Assembly: GCA_947446285.1 (NCBI GenBank)
Contig: CANFGH010000003.1
Span: forward strand, 33,537 to 97,536
Source of the DNA: Chloroflexota bacterium
GTDB taxonomy: Bacteria; Chloroflexota; UBA11872; UBA12225
Direction: 5' to 3'
DNA: 64,000 bases
A model generated the notes under the pieces. The model made no database searches and was not told where the DNA came from. It saw only the letters and a list, made by a program, of their open reading frames with translations. Below are positions 19,380 to 27,971 of the stretch, in pieces. A program made the position numbers and the translations under genes. How positions within the stretch are numbered: the stretch's first letter is position 1; the number at the start of each line of letters is the position of its first letter.

Positions 19380-19444
19380 CAGTCAGCTACCAGCGTCCCA
19401 TCGGGGGTCCGACAACCGCGCAACGCCGGTTGGTCGGCCACTGG

Positions 19445-19858
19445 TCACCGCGCCTTGCCGAGCCGATGATCCGGATGGACGATTTCAGTTACCCGAACAC
19501 CAAAGTTCTCATCCACCACGACAACCTCGCCTCGGGCGATCAGCCGGTCATTCACCAGAATGTCCACCGGATCCGTCGCAAGCTTGTCTAGCTCGATCAC
19601 GGAACCGCTACCCAAGGACAAGACGTCCTTGATCGCAAGCTCCTGCTTGCCGAGTTGGACCGTGATGCGGAGGTTAACATCGAGAAGCAGGTCAAGGTTG
19701 CCACCACCGGCCGACGTACCAGCACCATCGATTGCCTCGAACTGTGCAGGATGCACACCTGCGCTACCCGCCTCGGCCGTCATTGTCTCTTCCATAGCAA
19801 CTGTATTCCTCTCCATGACGGCACGCGATTCGGTCAAACCGATTCGCGCACCCGGCAC
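19445..19858 (-). CDS. fliN: Flagellar motor switch protein FliN/FliY (SpoA domain)
   Basis: C-terminal LLDVNLRITVQLGKQELAIKDVLSLGSGSVIELDKLATDPVDILVNDRLIARGEVVVVDENFGVRVTEI is a FliN SpoA motif. Confidence 0.8.
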   Translation of the reverse strand: MPGARIGLTESRAVMERNTVAMEETMTAEAGSAGVHPAQFEAIDGAGTSAGGGNLDLLLDVNLRITVQLGKQELAIKDVLSLGSGSVIELDKLATDPVDILVNDRLIARGEVVVVDENFGVRVTEIVHPDHRLGKAR

Positions 19859-19874
19859 CGTTCAGGCCAGGGGC

Positions 19875-20921
19875 TCAGCCCTCGCTCGACCCGCCGTCTT
19901 CATCGTCACCTTCGCTGATGATTGACGTTATCCGGATCGCAAGACGCCTGCTGCGAAGGCCGGGTCTTGCATGGTACTTGCGCTCGCCGTTCACCAGGAC
20001 AGAAATGTCACCAGCCACCCGGGTACCCAGCGGGATCACATCGCCGACCTGCAACTCAAGCACATCATTGAGTGTCACGTCTGCATTGCCAAGCTCGACA
20101 ATGATCGGAACCTGGATATTTCCAAGTCCACGGCGTACTTTCTCGTCATCGTCTGGCGACCGGCGCACAATCGAGGAGGGTGGAACGTTCGCGTCAGCCA
20201 GCTTTCCAACCAGCGACTCGATCATCGCGAATGGATAGCAGACACGGATCATTCCCTCAGCATCGCCGACGTGGATCCGGATATCGGCTGTCAGGCAAGC
20301 GTCGGACGGCAGCGCAATTCGCATGTAGGTGGCACTGGTGTCGGACATCACAACTTTGGGGTTGAGGCGATCAACTTCCACCCAACCGGTCCGCACACGA
20401 TCCATCACCAAGGGCAGCAAGTGCCTCTGGATCAGGCCGTTCTCGATGTCTGTCGCCTCACGGTCGTCACGCAGCCGCTTCGGAAGACCACCCTGCAGCC
20501 GGTCCAGCGAGGCGAACATCACGTCGCGGCTGATCGCGATCATGAAATGCGAAGGAAGAGGCTCGGACTCCAGGGCGTACACGAAGTACCCCTCGTTGAC
20601 CCCGTCCACGAACTCTGCATACGCCTGCTGATGGAGCTCCGCGAGGGTCGAATCAACGGGTGACCGGAGAATTCCTGAGAGATCGACTCCGAAGCCAACC
20701 CCGAGTGCATCATGCAATGAAGACAGGAGACGAAGGTTTTCACGGGTGAACTTGAGTGGTCGGCGGAAGTCATAGTCACGTACTAGTGGCTCCTGCCCCT
20801 CGTTGCGGACGGTGTGCCCGAAAATGTGCCCAGACCCATCACCACCAGACGCACGCGCACCGTCCATGAGCGCCTCATGTTCGGCCTCGGAGAGTAGACG
20901 CTCCTCAGTTACCACGATCAC
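19875..20921 (-). CDS. fliM: Flagellar motor switch protein FliM
   Basis: N-terminal LSEAEHEAL resembles the CheY-P-binding-like segment. FliM middle domain and a C-terminal SpoA-like region. 348 aa. Confidence 0.85.
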   Translation of the reverse strand: MIVVTEERLLSEAEHEALMDGARASGGDGSGHIFGHTVRNEGQEPLVRDYDFRRPLKFTRENLRLLSSLHDALGVGFGVDLSGILRSPVDSTLAELHQQAYAEFVDGVNEGYFVYALESEPLPSHFMIAISRDVMFASLDRLQGGLPKRLRDDREATDIENGLIQRHLLPLVMDRVRTGWVEVDRLNPKVVMSDTSATYMRIALPSDACLTADIRIHVGDAEGMIRVCYPFAMIESLVGKLADANVPPSSIVRRSPDDDEKVRRGLGNIQVPIIVELGNADVTLNDVLELQVGDVIPLGTRVAGDISVLVNGERKYHARPGLRSRRLAIRITSIISEGDDEDGGSSEG

Positions 20922-21048
20922 CCGCTCCCAAACTCACGTACTTGCATGTCAAGCGAAACGTTCACCGGCTTCCGGGAACTCCGGTCCTGTGTTCCCGACG
21001 GAATACAAAGCCTCTCCCCGCGCCATCCGGCGCGGAGCCTTCGTCATG

Positions 21049-21804
21049 CTAGCGCCCTGCAGGCCTCGGCGTCGGAACGGTTGTTGGTCCCTGCGTTGCA
21101 GGAGGAAGGATCCAGATCTCGACGCGTCGGTTCTTCGACCGGCCCTCGGGGCTCAAGTTGTCAGCAATGCTCCTCGTCTCCGCCAAACCGACCGCCTGCA
21201 ACCGCTTCCGATCTACGCCGACTTCCGCAAGCAAGTTCGCCGCAGTCGCGGCGCGCGCCGAAGAGAGGAACCAGTTTGTTGGAAATCGCTCGGTATTCGG
21301 GGAAACGTCGTCGGTGTGACCTTCAACGCGGATTGGGTTGCTGTCCGGGAGCGCCATGAGGCGATCGGATATGAATTCCAAGGTCTGCCGACCCTCAGGG
21401 CGCAGCTCGGAGCTTCCAGAGCTGAACACCATGCCCCCGGCAAGCGTAATGACAACCGCATCCTTGCTGGACGTGACGCTGATCTGGTCGCCCAACTCTT
21501 CCTTGAGGGCATAGGACGTGAGCTCTTCGCCTACCGTCTCGCCAACGCTGGTCATGCCAGCAAACGCGTTAGTGACTGGCCCGAGCATGATCATCTGCTT
21601 GTTCACGTTTCCACGAACGCCACCGGTGTTAAACGCCTTCGACAGTGACGACGCGACGATCTCGTACTTGATCGGATCCTGAATGCTCATCGCATAGAGC
21701 ACAATGAACAGCGCCAGAAGCAAAGTGATCATGTCAGCGTACGTCAGGAGATACCGCTCAGCGTTCTCATGCTCTGGACAGACATGCTTCTTTGGCAGTC
21801 CCAT
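21049..21804 (-). CDS. motB: Flagellar stator protein MotB (OmpA-like peptidoglycan-binding C-terminus)
   Basis: Single TM helix (LLTYADMITLLLALFIVLYAM). An OmpA-family region near the C-terminus (NWFLSSARAAT...NRRVEI). Confidence 0.8.
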   Translation of the reverse strand: MGLPKKHVCPEHENAERYLLTYADMITLLLALFIVLYAMSIQDPIKYEIVASSLSKAFNTGGVRGNVNKQMIMLGPVTNAFAGMTSVGETVGEELTSYALKEELGDQISVTSSKDAVVITLAGGMVFSSGSSELRPEGRQTLEFISDRLMALPDSNPIRVEGHTDDVSPNTERFPTNWFLSSARAATAANLLAEVGVDRKRLQAVGLAETRSIADNLSPEGRSKNRRVEIWILPPATQGPTTVPTPRPAGR

Positions 21805-21864
21805 TTGATTACCCTCCAGGATCTGACTGGGCTACACAGGATAGTGCCCCGGTGTACACGCAGT

Positions 21865-21889
21865 CCCCCACCCGGCGCCCGGGTGGGGG
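21865..21889 (-). promoter_or_regulatory. Perfect 11-bp-stem hairpin (CCCCCACCCGG-CGC-CCGGGTGGGGG) in the motA-motB intercistronic gap
   Basis: Perfect inverted repeat with no following U-tract on the transcribed strand. Lies between the motA stop (21949) and the motB start (21804). Confidence 0.4.
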
Positions 21890-21948
21890 TAGTGGCTCAT
21901 CGCAATATCAGGTTGTTCCTGTCGCCCGATGAGCTGATGTGTGACAGC

Positions 21949-22797
21949 CTAGGCTGTGGCTGTGGCAGCCGCGCCACCCTCGGCGGCCTTGGCAAGGCGC
22001 TTCATCTCAGCCGGGGTCAGGTAGGAGTTGAGCTTCGCACGCACCAGCCGTGGCGAGTCGCCCGCTTGGATTGACAGGATGCCGGCGATGAGCATGTTCA
22101 TGTACTCGACTTCATGCTCACTCTTGATCTGGCATCGCTTGCCACACGGGAGGAGGAGAACGTTTGCGAGTGCAACACCGAAAAGGGTTGCGATGAATGC
22201 AGTCGCGATGCTGTGTCCAAGCGCAGCTGCATCAGCCCCACCGAGGCTGCCAAGCACAACGGTCAGACCAAGCACGGTGCCGATGATCCCCATGCAGGGC
22301 GCAAATGCACCACCCTGCCCGTAGAACTCCTTGCCGACGTGGTGGCGCTTGGCCATTTGGTCGATGCGTACCATGAAGATGTCCGTGATCTGCTCGGCCG
22401 GAGTACCGTCAACAACTTCCTGAACGCCCTCTTTCATGAAGGGGTCGTGTATGTTGCCCATCTCACTCTCAAGTGACAGCAAGCCCTCACGACGGGCCTT
22501 CTCCGCAAGTCTCACAAAGGTCTGAATTGTCGCAACCGCATCATGGTGCACATCGGTGAACCCCGCCCTGAAGAAACCACCCCATGTGAGCGGGCTATGG
22601 CCAGGGATACACATCCAGAGGGTTGCTGCAGTGCCGCCAAAGATGATGATGATCGGGGAAGGGAGCAGAAGCGCCCCGAAGTCGCCGCCCTCAAGAAAGA
22701 ACCCATACCCAAGTGCTCCGAAGCCTAGAACGAGCCCGCCATACATACCTAAGTCTGGCGCCCGCTTCGCCTCATGTCCAGCTTCTGCCATGTCCAC
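21949..22797 (-). CDS. motA: Flagellar stator protein MotA
   Basis: Four TM helices. A MotA/TolQ/ExbB-type C-terminal segment (GTVLGLTVVLGSLGG...ATAFIATLFGVALANVLLLP). Confidence 0.85.
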   Translation of the reverse strand: MDMAEAGHEAKRAPDLGMYGGLVLGFGALGYGFFLEGGDFGALLLPSPIIIIFGGTAATLWMCIPGHSPLTWGGFFRAGFTDVHHDAVATIQTFVRLAEKARREGLLSLESEMGNIHDPFMKEGVQEVVDGTPAEQITDIFMVRIDQMAKRHHVGKEFYGQGGAFAPCMGIIGTVLGLTVVLGSLGGADAAALGHSIATAFIATLFGVALANVLLLPCGKRCQIKSEHEVEYMNMLIAGILSIQAGDSPRLVRAKLNSYLTPAEMKRLAKAAEGGAAATATA

Positions 22798-22990
22798 TCC
22801 TACCCTAACGACACACCCTGCGCCACACCGTTGTGCTTAGGATAGCAACGATATGCGACGCCTACAAACAAGGAGCCAGATGGTTGCCGCAACCAACTCG
22901 CCTCAGTGATAGTTTATCGCCCCTGCGGGTAACGTCAAATCACACGTGACTGACCGCATGGGGCATTGCCCAATGACGTCGTCGCGCCCC

Positions 22991-23185
22991 CTACGACCCA
23001 TCGACAAGCACGATGCGTCTCCGGTACTCAACAATGCGCTTCACCACGTCGGCCACCTGCTCAATCACGATCACCCGCTTGCCACTCGTCATGACGATGA
23101 TGGTGTCTGGAGTGGCTTCCATGAACTCGATCAGGTCGGAGTTCAAGTACAGGGCTTGGCCGCCCAGCCGTGTCAGTCGGATCAT
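22991..23185 (-). CDS. flbD: Flagellar protein FlbD
   Basis: 64 aa: MIRLTRLGGQALYLNSDLIEFMEATPDTIIVMTSGKRVIVIEQVADVVKRIVEYRR matches the FlbD family consensus (MIKLTRLNG...LIEFVE.TPDT...V.E.....V...IEYR). Sits upstream of motA. Confidence 0.65.
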   Translation of the reverse strand: MIRLTRLGGQALYLNSDLIEFMEATPDTIIVMTSGKRVIVIEQVADVVKRIVEYRRRIVLVDGS

Positions 23186-23230
23186 CCTGCACCTTCCCAG
23201 CGGGCCTCAGTCAACCGCCCCGGGATGACG

Positions 23231-23971
23231 CTACAGGACGGAGGTCTGCGGTGCCAGTGGGAATGAACCGACGCCCCATTGCTCACGTGTGGCGAACCGC
23301 ACCAGGTCAACCGCGCCTCGAAGCCCGAGTTTGGTTGCAATATGCGCCTTGTGCGCTTCGACAGTCTTGACACTGATGCTCAGGTGAGATGCAATCTCGC
23401 GGTTCGCCATGCCCGCACCAATGCATGTCAGCATTTCACGCTCACGGTTCGAGAGTTGCGCAACACTGGGTTGCGACCAGGAACCGGGCCTCGCCGGGGT
23501 CCTGTGCCAGCGGTCAATGACTTTCCGGGAGATGTCCGGTGCGACGAAGAACGATGTGCGGTGAACGTCCCGAAGGCCCCCGACAACTGTTGCCGCGCCG
23601 CCTTCCTTGAGGATCATCCCGCAGGCACTTGCAGCAAGCAGGGGGAGCAACTGGGGTTCCGCGGCTCGCGTACCTGCGACAAGAACCTTGACCGCAGACT
23701 TCAGACGGGTCCGGTGCTTCAATACCTCAAACACACCACCACCCGGCAAGTCCATTTCAACCAGCGCAACATCAACTTGAACGTTGGTCAGATTCTGGGT
23801 CACCTCATTGACGTTGCCAGCCTCGGCAACAACCTCGAAACCGCCTGAAAGGTCGAGGATTGCGCGGATACCATGGCGCATCAACGCTTGGCCATCGGCA
23901 ATCAGGATCCTTATTGGCCCATTGGCCGATGATGTCTCTTGAGAGACTGAAGACCCGCCTGTCGCAATCAC
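23231..23971 (-). CDS. NarL/LuxR-family response regulator with atypical acceptor region
   Basis: Receiver domain (RILIADGQ; VALVEMDLPGG; KVLVAGT; ILKE) followed by a LuxR-type HTH (LSNREREMLTCIGAGMANREIASHLSISVKTVEAHKAHIATKLG). Only one acidic residue in the beta1 pocket. The phospho-acceptor position appears to be E-M-D rather than the canonical D. Confidence 0.8.
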   Translation of the reverse strand: MIATGGSSVSQETSSANGPIRILIADGQALMRHGIRAILDLSGGFEVVAEAGNVNEVTQNLTNVQVDVALVEMDLPGGGVFEVLKHRTRLKSAVKVLVAGTRAAEPQLLPLLAASACGMILKEGGAATVVGGLRDVHRTSFFVAPDISRKVIDRWHRTPARPGSWSQPSVAQLSNREREMLTCIGAGMANREIASHLSISVKTVEAHKAHIATKLGLRGAVDLVRFATREQWGVGSFPLAPQTSVL

Positions 23972-24597
23972 GCCGACACCATCCCGCGGTTCCCCACCGT
24001 CAAGCAGCCAACTGGGGCATCCGTTCCGACAAGTCGGCCAGACCGGACCTGCTTGGGCATGATTCGCATTGCCCGGCCAATCGCATCATCGCCGTGTGCC
24101 CTCGACGCCGCCACACGAGCATCCTCTGCCGCAATGGCAACACCGACCGCCTCAAACACCTGGCGTAGCCGGAAAGGCCAAACAAGCTCAACCGATGACC
24201 CATCGTGACCGGCCGTCGCAACGGGGTATGAGGGTGTCGCTTTCGCCAGAATTACCGAACTCGGCACAGCCGCTGCCTGCACGAACAGCACCGGAGCGAA
24301 CTCGGTCTCGTCGTGCACGGCCAGCAGTTCGCTGACCTCCGTCCGCGCAGCGCCTGGTGGAAGCACCAGCACCACAATCGCGATTGGGCCGGAACTAGGG
24401 GTTGCCACTCGAATTGCCGATGCAGTGCCAAGTTCCCTGAATGCCTCGACCGCACGGCGCACGCCTGCTGGGGACGCCACCGAGACGTTCAACCCCTCGC
24501 GGTCCAGGTACGTCTGGAGAATCCGCACAACCGTGCTGTTGGAACCTACCAGTAGTGCGTGTCGTCGCCGCCGGATTGGTGGGCCTGCAAGCGCCAC
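23968..24597 (-). CDS. Pseudo-receiver (REC-fold) protein lacking the acidic pocket and Asp acceptor
   Basis: Receiver-like beta/alpha pattern (ALLVGSNS...; IAIVVLVLPPG; VLFVQAAA; ILAKATP with the K-P retained) but no DD or D. 4-bp overlap with the downstream regulator. Confidence 0.45.
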   Translation of the reverse strand: MALAGPPIRRRRHALLVGSNSTVVRILQTYLDREGLNVSVASPAGVRRAVEAFRELGTASAIRVATPSSGPIAIVVLVLPPGAARTEVSELLAVHDETEFAPVLFVQAAAVPSSVILAKATPSYPVATAGHDGSSVELVWPFRLRQVFEAVGVAIAAEDARVAASRAHGDDAIGRAMRIMPKQVRSGRLVGTDAPVGCLTVGNRGMVSA

Positions 24598-24844
24598 GTG
24601 CCACCCTCCTGCCCGTCAGCCCTCGACCGCCCCATGCAGTCTTCAAGCGAACCCCAATCGCACCGACCCGGCCGTTACGAAGTAGCGGGATCGGTTCGAA
24701 GTCAAGGTCTCCGGGTGTTGGCAGAAGTGTGGCCGTCACCAGCTACGGGAAACATCGGGCGGAGGACTGAATGTTCATCAGTCAGGCGACGGATTTCGGG
24801 TCGCCGGACACGGTCCCGGTCCAGAAAATCCAGATCAATCGCGA

Positions 24845-25588
24845 TCAAGCAAGCAGTCCGTGGGTCACCGCGTAGACCGCAGCCTGGGTGCGGTCGCTAA
24901 CCTGCAACTTCTGGAGAATGTGTTCCAGATGGGTCTTGACCGTGGCAACCGTCACGGAGAGCCGAACGGCAATCTCCTTGTTGCTCATGCCGGCCGCGAT
25001 CAGCCTGAGGACATCGAGTTCCCGCGGGGTCAGCCGATCCGGCCCAGGCGAAGCAACGGGTTCCGATGACCGCTGATCCACTTCAGCGGCCAACCGGCGC
25101 AAGAACCGCCCCACCACTTCCTGGTTCAGCAGGGATCCGCCGCCAGCCACGGTGTGGATAGCCTCTAGCAAGTCCGTGCCGGCGACGTCCTTGAGGACAT
25201 ACCCACTTGCACCTGCCTTCACCGCCTCGAAGAGGTAATCAGGGTTTTCGTACATCGTCAGCATGATCACGCTCGTCCTTGGAGCGATCTGCTTGACCTG
25301 TCGCGTGGCGGCAATCCCGTCCATGTCCGGCATCCGGATGTCCATCAGGACAATGTCGGGTTGAAGATCAGGAATGATGGCCACGGCAGCGCGCCCAGAC
25401 CGTGCCTCACCGATTACCTCAAGGCGATCGTCAGTCGCAAGAACTGCACGCAACCCCTCAATGACAAGGTGATGGTCATCAACCAACATGACCCGAACCC
25501 GGCGAACAGGTTCATGGTTCTCAGACCCTGGCTCTGATCGGGTGATGCCCGCAATCCGGTTCGCATCTGCCGGCGTCGTCTCAACCAT
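24845..25588 (-). CDS. NarL-family response regulator (canonical REC + LuxR HTH)
   Basis: Canonical receiver residues (VMLVDDHH; DIVLMDIRMPDMDG; VIMLT; YVLK) and a LuxR HTH (LTPRELDVLRLIAAGMSNKEIAVRLSVTVATVKTHLEHILQKL). The true start is probably a GTG/TTG inside the annotated N-terminus. Confidence 0.85.
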   Translation of the reverse strand: MVETTPADANRIAGITRSEPGSENHEPVRRVRVMLVDDHHLVIEGLRAVLATDDRLEVIGEARSGRAAVAIIPDLQPDIVLMDIRMPDMDGIAATRQVKQIAPRTSVIMLTMYENPDYLFEAVKAGASGYVLKDVAGTDLLEAIHTVAGGGSLLNQEVVGRFLRRLAAEVDQRSSEPVASPGPDRLTPRELDVLRLIAAGMSNKEIAVRLSVTVATVKTHLEHILQKLQVSDRTQAAVYAVTHGLLA

Positions 25589-25590
25589 GC

Positions 25591-27537
25591 TTATCCACCA
25601 TCCTCCAGGATTACCGGTGAACCCATCGCGCTCACGTCCGGATCGGACGTACCTGACCAGTTCCCGATACTCCCACCACCGCCCTTGCGCTGACCAGGCC
25701 AGCTCAGTACGCCACCGCCACCTGACCGCGCGCCAGTCACCACTGCCCCACCCGCCGAAGACGGCGCCTCACCAACACGCACCAGACCTCCGAACGCGTC
25801 GACCCCTCCCAGCATCACGCCGTCCGTCGATCGATCAACCGGGATCACCACAGTCACTGTGGTACCGTCATCGGGAACACTGTCAATATTGAATGTCCCA
25901 CCAAGCAAGTGGGCACGTTCACGCATGCCGTGGACACCTACCCGATGCCCGGCGTCTGAACCAGAACCCGCTCTCTCGCTCAACGACCGGACATCGAAAC
26001 CCCGGCCCCAGTCCCGAACCTGAAGCTCAACCTCACCATTCCGCCGAAGCACCGCCACCTTCGCACGCCGTGCTTCGCCGTGCCGGCGGGCGTTGTTCAG
26101 GGCCTCCTGGATGATCCGGTACGCAGTCACCTCAACCGCCGCCGGCAGCCGTCCACTATCAAGCCCGTCAACGATCTCAACCTGCCACCCATATTCGTCT
26201 CGCAGGTTCTGGACCGTAAGTTGGAGTGCAGCCATCAGCCCGAAATCATCAAGTTCGGAGGGACGCAGGCCCGCGATGACCTTGCGCACTTCCTCGATTG
26301 ACTTCTGAAGCATGAACAGTCCCTTTTGAAGAGACGGTCCTGAACGCTCATCGCCTTGCTGATAATAGATGCCGAAGGTCTGCAGATGTTGATGCGCACT
26401 GACCATCAACTGTGCCAGTCCGTCATGGATATCGTACGCAACGCGTCGCCGATCATCCTCCTGCGCGCCGATCATCCTCTCGACCAAGCGCTGCAAATGG
26501 GCTTCCTTCTCGCGAACAGCCTGGTAGAGCTTCGCGTTCTCGAGGGCGATCGCCGCCTGCATGGCCAGTCCCGAAAGAAGGTGCGGCTCCACTGCCCATC
26601 CATGCCCGTCGGGCACAGCCTGCGCCTCCCGTCCAGATGGTTCAGGCAAGGCATACACCTCGAGCAATCCGATCACCTGGCCCCGGACTTTCAAACCGAT
26701 GCACCAGCCACCCGCGCCCAGCGCGCGGAACGGCCGCGCCAATCCATCATCGCGGACCTGATCGTGCACCTCCACGACCGTCTGGGACGCACGCACCCGT
26801 TCCCAGTACTCTGACCCACCCTGCGAGGCAAGGACAACTCCCGCCGCCCCGACCGGGTTCTCGGTGATGTAACACGCATCGGCCTGAGTGAGACGACGCG
26901 AAATGTCCAGGATGCCCGACAGCACATTGTCCAGATCAAGACTCGATGAAATCACCTCACCCGCGCCGTACAGGGTCAGGACCTCATCGAGCGCACGTAC
27001 AAGTTCGTCGTGCAGTTGGCCGTTCTCAAGGTGTACCGCCAAGTGCGACGCAAGCGCTTCAAGCAGGAGCACTTCGTCAGCCAGCCAGTCGCCGTGCCCG
27101 ACGTTCCGGGTAACGCACAACGCCCCAAGTTCGCTTCCCCGCGTGCCGGCAAGTGGGATCAGAACCCAGATATCTGATGAAGCCTCGCGCCCCGTCGCAC
27201 CGGGCACCGGCTTGGCGCGGATAACCGTCCGTGATTCCGTGCACGCCAGACCGATCCCCCGAGTTGGCACACGCCGAGCGCCGAGGCTCCCGTGGCTTGC
27301 CTGCAGACGGGGCACCTCTCCGGGCGACCCGACGACCCAAATCGAGGCGTGGAACGCCCCCGTGCCCGCACAGACATGAGACAAAACCGCCTCGGCGCCA
27401 CCGGTTGGCCCCATCAGACGCACTTCCGGTCCGGCCAGGACCGAGTGCGCCAGGAGAAGGGATTGCATCCGCGATACCTGGACGCTGGGACCCGGTGAGG
27501 CAACCGCGAGAGCATCAAGCGGCGCCGTCACTTCCAC
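25591..27537 (-). CDS. Cytoplasmic sensor histidine kinase: two GAF domains + HisKA_3 + HATPase_c + Gly-rich C-terminal tail
   Basis: No TM segment. GAF-like regions. H-box DIHDGLAQLMVSAHQHL (HisKA_3). ATPase N and G boxes (IIQEALNNARRHG; DWGRGF; GHRVGVHGMRERAHLLGG). A ~90-aa Gly-rich tail follows. Confidence 0.8.
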   Translation of the reverse strand: MEVTAPLDALAVASPGPSVQVSRMQSLLLAHSVLAGPEVRLMGPTGGAEAVLSHVCAGTGAFHASIWVVGSPGEVPRLQASHGSLGARRVPTRGIGLACTESRTVIRAKPVPGATGREASSDIWVLIPLAGTRGSELGALCVTRNVGHGDWLADEVLLLEALASHLAVHLENGQLHDELVRALDEVLTLYGAGEVISSSLDLDNVLSGILDISRRLTQADACYITENPVGAAGVVLASQGGSEYWERVRASQTVVEVHDQVRDDGLARPFRALGAGGWCIGLKVRGQVIGLLEVYALPEPSGREAQAVPDGHGWAVEPHLLSGLAMQAAIALENAKLYQAVREKEAHLQRLVERMIGAQEDDRRRVAYDIHDGLAQLMVSAHQHLQTFGIYYQQGDERSGPSLQKGLFMLQKSIEEVRKVIAGLRPSELDDFGLMAALQLTVQNLRDEYGWQVEIVDGLDSGRLPAAVEVTAYRIIQEALNNARRHGEARRAKVAVLRRNGEVELQVRDWGRGFDVRSLSERAGSGSDAGHRVGVHGMRERAHLLGGTFNIDSVPDDGTTVTVVIPVDRSTDGVMLGGVDAFGGLVRVGEAPSSAGGAVVTGARSGGGGVLSWPGQRKGGGGSIGNWSGTSDPDVSAMGSPVILEDGG

Positions 27538-27971
27538 ACCTCATCGGACTGTCCCGCAATTGCTGCCCGGTACGCCGGCGATGCCCAAAGCGTCGCACGC
27601 ACCATCACCGCGGTCCCATCCCCTGCAACCAGTCGCCTTGTCATTCTCGTCTCTGTCGGCAAACAGCGGAGGTCCCTGAGCACCGTGCACACCAATCCGG
27701 TGATTTCCCCGCAGCGGTCCGGCACCCAGTAAGGGCCTGCCCAATCGGCAATCAGGCCTGGAACTTCACACGCCGCACCCGCGGGGATCACCCAGACCGT
27801 TCTTCCCGAGGCATCCGATCGGACAGTCACACCGTCGGGGACCACACCTCCCGCGTCGAAATCGGCGTCCCGCCGGCCAAGCATCCGAGCGACCCCTGAC
27901 AGCCAGTGCGCCAAATCTACCGTTACATGCAGATCTGACCCATCTTCTCCGTACACCGCACCAGGGCACAT
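27528..27971 (-). CDS. Hypothetical protein, first gene of the kinase operon (overlaps the HK start by 10 bp)
   Basis: 148-aa ORF from the ATG at 27971 (MCPGAVYGEDGSDLHV...). The longer 313-aa reading has an Arg-rich, antisense-looking N-terminus that overlaps the NUDIX gene. Confidence 0.35.
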   Translation of the reverse strand: MCPGAVYGEDGSDLHVTVDLAHWLSGVARMLGRRDADFDAGGVVPDGVTVRSDASGRTVWVIPAGAACEVPGLIADWAGPYWVPDRCGEITGLVCTVLRDLRCLPTETRMTRRLVAGDGTAVMVRATLWASPAYRAAIAGQSDEVWK

